Assembly: GCF_963921235.1 (NCBI RefSeq)
Contig: NC_086108.1
Coordinates: forward strand, 25,606,001-25,670,000
DNA: 64,000 nt
Reading direction: 5' to 3'
From: Mobula hypostoma
Taxonomy: Eukaryota
The position numbers were made by a program, and so were the translations under genes. Below, in pieces: positions 50,956 through 59,634 of this stretch (position 1 is the first letter of the stretch; each line of letters starts with the position of its first letter). The notes beneath the pieces are model-generated. The model was given only the letters and a program-made list of their open reading frames with translations, did no database searches and was not told where the DNA came from.

Positions 50956-53665
50956 TAGAAACCATAGAAACCATACTACAGCACAGAAACAGGCCTTCTG
51001 GCCCTTCTTGGCTGTGCCAAACCATTTTCTGCCTGGTCCCACTGACCTGCACATGGATCATATACCTCCATACACCTCCCACCCATGTATCTGTCCAATT
51101 TATTCTTAAATGTTAAAAAAGAACCCGCATTTACCACCTCGTCTGGCAGCTCATTCCATACTCCCACCACTCTCTGTGTGAAGAAGCCCCCGCTAATGTT
51201 CCCTTTAAACTTTTCCCCCCCTCACCCTTAACCCATGTCCTCTGGTTTTTTTCTCCCCTTGCCTCAGTGGAAAAAGCCTGCTTGCATTCATTCTATCTAT
51301 ACCCATCATAATTTTATATACCTCTATCAAATCTCCCCTCATTCTTCTACGCTCCAGGGAAGAAAGTCCTAACCTATTCAACCTTTCTCTGTAACTGAGT
51401 TTCTCAAGTCCCGGCAACATCCTTGAAAACCTTCTCTGCACTCTTTCAACCTTATTTATATCCTTCCTGTAATTTGGTGACCAAAACTGAACACAATACT
51501 CCAGATTCGGCCTCACCAATGCCTTATACAACCTCATCATAACATTCCAGCTCTTATACTCAATACTTTGATAAATAAAGGCCAATGTACCAAAAGCTCT
51601 CTTTACAACCTTATCTACCTGTGATGCTACTTTTAGAGAATTTTGTATCTGTATTCCCAGAACCCTCTGTTCCACTGCACTCCTCAGTGCCTTACCATTA
51701 ACCCTGTATGTTCTACTTTGATTTGTCCTTCCAACGTGCAATGCCTCACACTTGTCTGTATTAAACTCCATCTGCCATTTTTCAGCCCATTTTTCCAGCT
51801 GGTCCAAGTCCCTCTGCAGGCTCTGAAAACATTCCTCACTGTCTACTACACCTCCAATCTTTGTATCATCAGCAAATTTGCTGATCCAATTTACCACATT
51901 ATCATCCAGATCATTGATATAGATGACAAATAACAATGGACCCAGCACTGATCCCTGTGGCACACCACTAGTCACAGACCTCCACTCGGAGAAGAAATTC
52001 TCTACTACCACTTTTTGGCTTCTTCCATTGAGCCAATGTCTAATCCAATTTACCACCTCTCCATGTTTACCTAGCGAATGAATTTTCCTAACTAACCTCC
52101 CATGCGGAACCTTGTCAAAGGCCTTACTGAAGTCCATGTAGACAATATCCACTGCCTTCCCTTCATCCACTTTCCTGGTAACCTCCTCGAAAAACTCCAA
52201 TAGATTGGTCAAATATGACCTACCATGCACAAAGCCATGTTGACTCTCCCTAATAAGTCCCTGTCTATCCAAATGCTTGTAGATTCTGTCTCTTAGTACT
52301 CCCTCCAATAACTTACCTACTACCGACGTTAAACTTACTGGCCTATAATTTCCCGGATTACTTTTCGATCCTTTTTTAAACAACGGAACAACATGAGCCA
52401 CTTTCCAATCCTCCGGCACCTCACCTGTAGACAGCGATATTTTAAATATTTTTGCCAGGGACCCTGCAATTTCAACACTAGTCTCCTTCCCGGTCTGAGG
52501 GAACACCCTGTCAGGTCCCGGGGATTTATCCACTTTAATTTTCCTCAAGACAGCAAGGACCTCCTCCTTTTCGATCTGTACAGTTTCCATGATCTCACTA
52601 CTTGTTTTGCTTAATTCCATAGACTTCATGCCAGTTTCCTTAGTAAATACAGATGCAAGAAACTTATTTAAGATCTCCCCCATTTCCTTTGGTTCCGCAC
52701 ATAGCCGACCACTCTGATTTTCAAGAGGAACAATTTTATCCCTTACAATCCTTTTGCTCTTAATATACCTGTAAAAGCTCCTTGGATTATCCTTCACTTT
52801 GACTGCCAAAGCAACCTCATGTCCTCTTTTAGCCCTCCTGATTTCTTTCTTAAGTATTTTCTTGCACTTCTTATACTCCTCAAGCACCTTATTTACTCCT
52901 TGCTTCCTATACATGTCATACAACTCCCTCTTCTTCTTTATCAGAGTTGCAATATCCCTTGAGAACCAAGGTTCCTTATTCCTATTTACTTTGCCTTTAA
53001 TCCTGACAGGAACATACAAATTCTGCACTCTCAAAATTTCTCCTTTGAAGGCTTCCCACCTACCGATCACATCCTTGCCAGAGAACAACCTGTCCCAATC
53101 CACACTTCTTAGATCCTTTCTCATTTCTTCAAATTTGGCCTTCTTCCAGTTAAGAACCTCAACCCTGGGACCAGATCTATCCTTGTCCATGATCAAGTTG
53201 AAACTAATGGTGTTATGATCACTGAAACCAAAGTGCTCCCCTACACAGACTTCCGTCACTTGTCCTAACTCGTTTCCTAACAGGAGAACCAATATTGCAT
53301 CCTCACTAGTTGGTCCCTCTATATATTGATTTAGAAAACTTTCCTGAACACATTTTACAAACTCTAAACCATCTAGACCCCTAACAGTATGGGAGTCCCA
53401 ATCAGTATATGGAAAATTAAAATTTCCTACCACCACAACTTTATGTTTCCTGCAGTTGCCTCCTATCTCTCTGCAGATTTGCTCTTCCAAGTCTTGTTGA
53501 CTATTGGGTGGTCTGTAATACAATCCCACTAATGTGGGCATACCTTTCCTGTTTCTCAGCTCCACCCATAAGGACTCAGTAGACAAGCCCTCTAATCTGT
53601 CCTTCCTGAGCACTGCTGTAATATTTTCCCTAACAAGCAATGCTACTCCCCCACCTTTCATTCCT
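50956..53665 (-). mobile_element. Young 5'-truncated CR1 of a second family inserted in ORF1 of the long CR1
   Basis: TSD CTCCCA at 50950-55 and 53666-71; (CCATAGAAA)n tail; uninterrupted ORF2. Confidence 0.95.
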
Positions 53666-53718
53666 CTCCCAATCCAGAATGTCCTGCAGCTGCTCAGAGA
53701 CATCCCTGGCCCTTGCAC
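51205..53718 (-). CDS. CR1 ORF2 open reading frame (partial APE endonuclease + intact RT domain), 837 codons, chimeric N-terminus
   Basis: RT motifs YRPVSLTSVVGKLLE, QHGF, DFSKAFDKVPH, GVPQGSVLGP, FADD. EN N-terminus missing and GDFN is GNFN. Starts at a GTG in host sequence and is frameshifted at a G run near 51215. Expression not shown. Confidence 0.75.
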   Translation of the reverse strand: MQGPGMSLSSCRTFWIGRGMKGGGVALLVRENITAVLRKDRLEGLSTESLWVELRNRKGMPTLVGLYYRPPNSQQDLEEQICREIGGNCRKHKVVVVGNFNFPYTDWDSHTVRGLDGLEFVKCVQESFLNQYIEGPTSEDAILVLLLGNELGQVTEVCVGEHFGFSDHNTISFNLIMDKDRSGPRVEVLNWKKAKFEEMRKDLRSVDWDRLFSGKDVIGRWEAFKGEILRVQNLYVPVRIKGKVNRNKEPWFSRDIATLIKKKRELYDMYRKQGVNKVLEEYKKCKKILKKEIRRAKRGHEVALAVKVKDNPRSFYRYIKSKRIVRDKIVPLENQSGRLCAEPKEMGEILNKFLASVFTKETGMKSMELSKTSSEIMETVQIEKEEVLAVLRKIKVDKSPGPDRVFPQTGKETSVEIAGSLAKIFKISLSTGEVPEDWKVAHVVPLFKKGSKSNPGNYRPVSLTSVVGKLLEGVLRDRIYKHLDRQGLIRESQHGFVHGRSYLTNLLEFFEEVTRKVDEGKAVDIVYMDFSKAFDKVPHGRLVRKIHSLGKHGEVVNWIRHWLNGRSQKVVVENFFSEWRSVTSGVPQGSVLGPLLFVIYINDLDDNVVNWISKFADDTKIGGVVDSEECFQSLQRDLDQLEKWAEKWQMEFNTDKCEALHVGRTNQSRTYRVNGKALRSAVEQRVLGIQIQNSLKVASQVDKVVKRAFGTLAFIYQSIEYKSWNVMMRLYKALVRPNLEYCVQFWSPNYRKDINKVERVQRRFSRMLPGLEKLSYRERLNRLGLSSLERRRMRGDLIEVYKIMMGIDRMNASRLFPLRQGEKKTRGHGLRVRGGKV

Positions 53719-54179
53719 CAGGGAGGCAACATACCCTCCTGGAGTTTCGTTTGTGGCCGCAGAAATGCCTATCTATTCCCCTTGCAATCGAATCCCTTAT
53801 CACTATAGCTCTCCCAATCCTTTTCCTTCCCTCCTGTGTCGCAGAGCCACCCATGGTGCCATGAACTCAGCTGCTGCTGCTTTCCCCTGATGAGACATCT
53901 CCCCCAACAGTATCCAAAACAAGAATTTTGTCATTTCAATGAGATCATCTTCCATTCTTCGAAATTCTAGAGAGTACAGATCTACTCCGTGTCACCTCAC
54001 TTCATGTGACAAATCCATCACCTTAAGGATTGATCTAGTGAACCTTTGCTACAATTCTTTAGCCACAAATCCATCCTCCTTGAAATCAGACCTGTAGTTA
54101 CAGCAATATTTCAGCTGCAGTCTCAACAGGGGCCAATATCAATGGAGAAAGATGAAACATATCATATTCCTTTCCAGAT

Positions 54180-55545
54180 GACTTGGTCATTGACTTCAAG
54201 AAGGAGGTTTTGCACATGCTCATGTCTTCATCAATGGTGCTGAGGTTGAGAGCTTCAAGTTCCTGGGAATGAACGTAAATAACCTGATCACCCTTCAAGC
54301 ACTTAGCCCTGTATGTGGAACAAGTGCTACACCTGCCCCTTATTTTCTCCCTCATCACTACTCAGGGCCACAAACAGTCCTTCCAGTGAGGCAACAGCTT
54401 GGGGTCTACTGTATCCGGTGTTTTCAGTCTGGCCTCCTATACATCAGTGAGACCCAATGTAGATTGAGAGATGACTTCAACATGCACCTCCACTCCATCT
54501 GCCACAACAGGCGAGATTTTCCCAGTGGCCATCTATTTTAATTAAAATTCCCATTCCTATTCCCATTTTCACAAGTCAGTCCATGTCCTCCTCTACTATT
54601 ATGATGAGGCCACTCTCAGGTTGAAGGAGCAAGACCTCATGTTCTCTTTGGGTAGCTTCCTACCTGATGGTATAAACACTGATGTCACAAACTTTCAGTA
54701 ATTTCTCATCCTTCCTCCTTCTCTCTTTTTCCATTCCACAGTAGGGTTCCCCTCTTACCCCTTCTCTTCTCCACTCCTGCCAATCACCTAGCTCTGATGC
54801 CCCTCTTCCTTCCATTTCTCACATGTTCCATTCTCCTCATTGATCAGATTCCTTCTTCTTCAGCCCTTCCTCTTTTCCATCTATCACTTCCCAAATCTAC
54901 TCACTTCATCCACTCTCCCACTTTCCCCCTCACTTGGCCTCATATATCACCTGCCAGTTTGTACTCCTTCCCCCTCACGTTTTTATTCTAGCTTCTTTCC
55001 CCTTTCTTTCCTGTTCTGATGAATGATCTCGGCCTAAAATGTCAACCATTTATTCCTCTCCATAGATGCTGCCTGACCTGCTGAGTTCCTTTAACATTTT
55101 GTGTGTGTTCCCCTCCTTGGACTCTGTCTATACTTTTCGCTACCATAATAGGACAGCTAGCATAATCAAAGACCTCACCCATCCTGGCCATTCTCTCCTC
55201 TCCTCTCTCCATTTGAGGAGAAGGTACAAAAGCCTGAAAAATGTACTACCATATATAAGTTCAAGCACTGCTTCTACCTCATATTTACACTACTATTAAA
55301 TGGTTCCCTAATACGATAAGATGGATACATGACTTTGCAATCTACCTCGTCATGACCTTGCATCTTCTTGTCTACCTGCAGTAGACTGTCCCTGTAGCTG
55401 TTACACTTTATTCTGCATTCTGTTATTGTTTTACCTTGTACTATCTTAATGCACTTGGTAATGCATTAATCTGTATGAACAGTATGCAAGACAAGTTTTT
55501 TTTTGCTGTACCTCAGTACATGTGGCAATAATAAACCATTTCTTG
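54180..55545 (+). mobile_element. Rex1/Babar LINE remnant (54180-54287, 55110-55545) interrupted by Penelope
   Basis: LVIDFKK..INGAEVESFKFLG; IIKDLTHPGHSLLSSL..RRYKSLK; AATAAA tail. Confidence 0.8.
54288..55109 (+). mobile_element. Penelope 3' fragment (GIY-YIG + pLTR, hammerhead remnant 55011-55047)
   Basis: GVYCIRCFQSGLLYISETQCRLRDDF; homologous to 20340-21140. Confidence 0.88.
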
Positions 55546-55669
55546 TTTATTAATGTACCTGTAGGTTTGTATATACTGTAGGAGAAAACAACACGACCGG
55601 TGCCTACTAAAACACAAGCACAAAGGATGCGGGCAAAAATTGTGCATTAATATGGGGACAAAAAGCCAC

Positions 55670-55955
55670 AGGTTCCCCACACTATCCACTGTCCTCTACT
55701 ATCAGATTCCTTCCTCTCCAGTCCTTTACCTTTCCTACCCTCTGGGCTTCACCTATCACCTTCTAGCTATCCTCCTACAGCTCTCCACACTTTTTAAAAT
55801 TTTGGTGTCGTTCCCCTTCTTTTCCAGCTCAGAAGATGGCCGGAAACTTTAATTGTTTAGTCATTTCCATAGATGCTGCCTGACCCACTGAGTTCCTCCA
55901 GCATTTTGTGTGTGTTGCTCTGGATTTCCAGCATCTGCAGACTTTCTCATGTTTA
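55670..55955 (+). mobile_element. Penelope pLTR fragment
   Basis: ATCAGATTCCTTCC..CACCTATCACC..ATAGATGCTGCCTGACC..TTTCCAGCATCTGCAGA. Confidence 0.82.
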
Positions 55956-56784
55956 TGATAGTTTAGTGCCTCTTCTTAAGTGCTATTAAATTTCTGGCCA
56001 AAATGTGATAGAATTTACCTGGCTCTTGGCCATAAACATCATCCATGTAATGTGTGTGGACGTCATTAGAATTTAATTCAAAATCAATGTTATTCTACAG
56101 TATAAAAACACCAAATAATTTGGCACACATTTGCAGTTAATTTGCAATTCCATTTAAAGATAACTAGTAAGAAATATACAAAACATTCCTAGTATTTCTC
56201 AAATTAACTGTACAATACAAAAATAATTAAATGAATAATGACTTTGCCAAGCCATTGTATTCATTTAACTATATTTCTGTATCTATTTTAACTGGTCTAT
56301 TAAATTTGGCAAGAAACTATTAAAGAATTTGATTTGCCATATTGTGTTACCGCATGCTTATTATCAATAGCACGTTTTATTTGTGGACACAAATGTCTAA
56401 AGAAAAGGTGAGATTATTTTTGTGTCAAGGTGCGGTTTTAAATCAGCCTCATTACTTCTGGCATTCTGAGCCACATTTAATAGTTCATACACTTTTCTCA
56501 CTGTGCCTCAGCATTAGAACTCCACGAGGCAGTCTTCACACCTAAACAAAAGTGGTTGTCACATTGATTGCTAGAGGCGCTTAAGTCCTCGCACCTGATG
56601 AAGTGAAAATGTTTCTGGCCTAAATTGGTTACCAGGCAATTTTCACAGTTAGGCAACCCACTTGTGAAAGAGCTTGGGGCATTGATTGGCAGTGATCGGT
56701 TTACAATCCAGACTATGCAACTTTTAAAATATTTCATTGGTTATCAGTTATTCATTTTGTGAGGAGAAAACTTGTCATAAATAA

Positions 56785-57985
56785 TTCTGTTATCTACCAT
56801 CATGAAGTGCTTTGAGCAGCTGGTCTTGGCACACATTAACTCCAGCCTCCCAGGCAGCCATGATCCATAGCAATGTGCCTCGTGCTAAAACAGGTCTGCA
56901 GCAGACACTATGTCCCTGACTTTACACTTATGTCTGGAGCGTCTGGCCAGTGAAGTCACTCACACGGAGATTCTCCAGCAGATGTTTATGAGAATGATCA
57001 TGGGGATGAAAGGGGTCTGAGAAGTGTTCGATGGCCCTGGGCCTCCACTCACATAAATTTAGAAAAATGAGGGAGTGATCTCATTGAAATATTGAGAAGT
57101 CTAGGCAGACTGGACATGGAGAGAATGGTTCCATAGTGGGAGAATTTGGGACCAAAGGGGCTCAGAATAGAAGGACGCCACTTTAGCACAAAGAGGAGGA
57201 GGAATTTCTTTAGCCAGAGGGTTGAATCTCTGGAATTCATTACCACAGACTGCAGTGGAGGTCACATCATTGTATATATTTAACATGGAGATTGATAGGT
57301 TCTTTATTAACAAAGGTTTTGAAGGTTACGGGGATAAAGCAGAGAATGGGATTGAGAGAGGAAATAAATCAGCCATGAATGACTGGCAGAACAGACTCAA
57401 TGGCTGAATGGTCAAATTGTGCTCCTCTGTCCTTGGCTGCATATTCACCTTCAGAACTTTAATTCAAGGAAAATTCATCAACAAATTCCTAGATCTGAGA
57501 CTCAACATGGCCCTTTGCAATTGCAATTCCTGACCAACAGATGACAATTAGTAATTAAAGGACACAGTATATCCACCATAATTATTCTCAACACTTATAT
57601 CCAACAAATTGCGTCTTCAGCATCCTACTCTACTTCCTATACACCCGCGACTGCGTGGCTAGGTTCTGCTCTAGCAAGTTTACACACGATTCTACCATTA
57701 TAGGGAGTTTCCCAAATAACGATAAGTCAAATATCAGAAGAAGATAGAGAGCTTCGTGACATGGTGTCACAGTAAAAGCCTCTCCTTCAACATCAGCTAA
57801 GCAAAAGAGCTGGTCACTGACTTCAAGAAGTTCATGGGTTCCTGTTTAGATCAATGGTGTTGAGCTTGAGAGGGTTGAAAACTGAAGTCACCAATAACCT
57901 ATTCTGGTCCCCATAGATGCCATGGGCAAGACTGCTCACCACTGCCTCTACTTCCTCAGGATGCTCAAGGAATCTGGATATCCTT
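56785..57985 (+). mobile_element. Old Rex1/Babar RT fragment interrupted by a CR1 3' fragment (about 56965-57435)
   Basis: STIMKCFEQLVLAHI; ILLYFLYTRDC; AHHCLYFLR; insert has NFFSQRVxNLWNSLPQ. Confidence 0.8.
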
Positions 57986-58239
57986 TTTGAGCTTCACTTA
58001 TTTTTATCAATGGTAAATTGATTTATTAATGTTGCAGGTACTGGGGCTCGGTGAAAAGCATATCTTGATACCATTCTTACAGAGCAATTCATTATAACGG
58101 CATTGAGGATGAACAAGGTAAACAATAGCAGTGTACATATATAATAAAGTGTTACAGTTACACAGAAAATGCAGTTTGGACAATAAGGTGTGAGGCAAGA
58201 ATCCCTTGTATCATAGTAGGGAACTGTTCAATAGGCTTA

Positions 58240-58961
58240 CAGTACTGTGAAAAAGTCTTAGGCAACTTAGCTATATATATATAGCTAGGTTGCCTAAGAC
58301 TTTTGCACAGCTCTGCATTTATCAACATGGAGTGGAGAGCGAGTTTGTAAATCTGGTGGGAGCAAAGGATGTTGGGAATGGTGAGGGTGGAGCACAGTGA
58401 GAGAGGTGTGGGACAGGTGGCAGAGAAGGAGTGCCAGGGATGGGGGTGGTGTGGGTGCAGACCCTGAGACACCAGGCAAGGTGATTCCAAGCAAATGGTT
58501 TATTAATCATGATAGAATGTCTCCCTGGTGCTTCCGGCTCCCTTCACCTTCCATCCTCCTTTTCAAACATAATTCTCCTCTCCCTGCCCCCTTCACACTC
58601 TCAGTCCACAATAGAGACTCTTATCAGAATTAGGTTAAATGTAGGTTTTCAGAAATGAAATGGCAGAGGTGTTTTAAGTTTAAGGGAAACCGTAACAACT
58701 CCTCTATTGTCCTCCAAACACAGAACATGAAGTGCAATAAAAAAAACTTTACATAATTACCTCATCACATCAGGTCAGCCTCTTAAAGTGAACCCCAGCT
58801 CAAAGCCGGTGGTTGTGAATTACAGTATGTACGTTTCCACACATTACATTATCATCACTCACATGTCATGAAATTTGTTTTGTTTTGGCAGCAGCAGTAC
58901 AGTACAATATATCAAAATTACTACAGTGCTGTGCAAAGGTCTTAGGCTCTCAGCTATATAT
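58240..58961. mobile_element. Composite Tc1/mariner-type MITE, copy 3 (insertion at 58640-58848, right end truncated)
   Basis: Left palindrome 58240-58315 after TA; interior homologous to copies 1 and 2; half palindrome 58924-58961. Confidence 0.85.
58640..58848 (-). mobile_element. Candidate solo LTR (209 bp)
   Basis: Absent from the other two MITE copies; TGTA..TACA termini (minus strand starts TGTAAT, like LTRs A and B); TSD not clean. Confidence 0.5.
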
Positions 58962-58964
58962 TGC

Positions 58965-59630
58965 CCTGGATCCAGCTTGTAAATGCCATTACAAAGAAAT
59001 GAACAGCAGCACCTCTACTTCCTGAGAAGTTTGTGAAGGTTTGGCATGACATTTAAAACTTTGATAAACTTCTGTAGATGTGTGGTAGAGAGTATATTCA
59101 CTGGTTGCAGCACAGCCTAGTATGAAAACACCAATACCTTGAATAGAAAATCCTACAAAGAGTAGTGGATACAGCCACGTCAAACACGGGTAAATCTCTC
59201 CCCACCACTGAGTACATCTGTATGGAATGCTGTTGCAAGAAAGCAACATCCATCATCACAGTCTCCAACCATCCAGATCATTCTCCATCCTTGCTCTGTC
59301 ATCAGAACGAAGGTACAGGAGCCTCAGGAACAGCACCACCAGGTTCAGGAACAGTTATTACTCCTTAACCATCATGCTCTTGAACTAGCGGGGATGATTT
59401 TATTCAATTTCACTTGCCCCATCACTGAACCGCTCCCATAAACCCTGGTCTCACTTTCAAGGACTCGTCATCTCATGTCCTCGATATTTATTGCTTTTTT
59501 ATTCATTATTACTTTCTTTTTCTTTTGTATTTGCATAGTCGGTTGTCTTTTACACATTGGTTGTCTGTCTGCCCTGTTGGGTGTGGTCTTTCATTGATTC
59601 TATTGTGTTTCTTGTATTTACTGTGTATAT
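58965..59630 (+). mobile_element. Rex1/Babar LINE 3' fragment, end cut by the LTR element
   Basis: QQHLYFLRSL, LINFCRCVVESI; homologous to 29095-29690. Confidence 0.88.
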
Positions 59631-59634
59631 CCTT

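Larger units (their letters stand above)
47511..53920 (-). mobile_element. Long CR1 LINE: ORF1 (SGNH esterase-like) 3' part + complete but broken ORF2
   Basis: ORF1 AIVIRDSIARG..VCCLPGAR / VVVQIGTND; EN LCVNARSI..GDFN..SDHN; RT YRPVSLTSVVGK, QHGF, GVPQGSVLGP, FADD; a few stops and frameshifts. Confidence 0.96.
47377..54135 (-). mobile_element. Oldest CR1 of a three-level nest (remnants 47377-47510 and 53921-54135)
   Basis: Tail AAGAACATAAG; ..GATAAGAA | AAGAATTTTGTCATTTCAATGAGATCA rejoin; TSD AAGAA. Confidence 0.7.

Noticed and set aside
52799..53218. Plus-strand ORFs antisense to CR1 ORF2 (also 17078-17443, 48290-48646)
   Set aside because: Shadow frames of the LINE coding strand
56595..56608. 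CTGATGA..GAAA as another hammerhead
   Set aside because: Only 3 nt between the boxes, no stem II or stem I, no pLTR context
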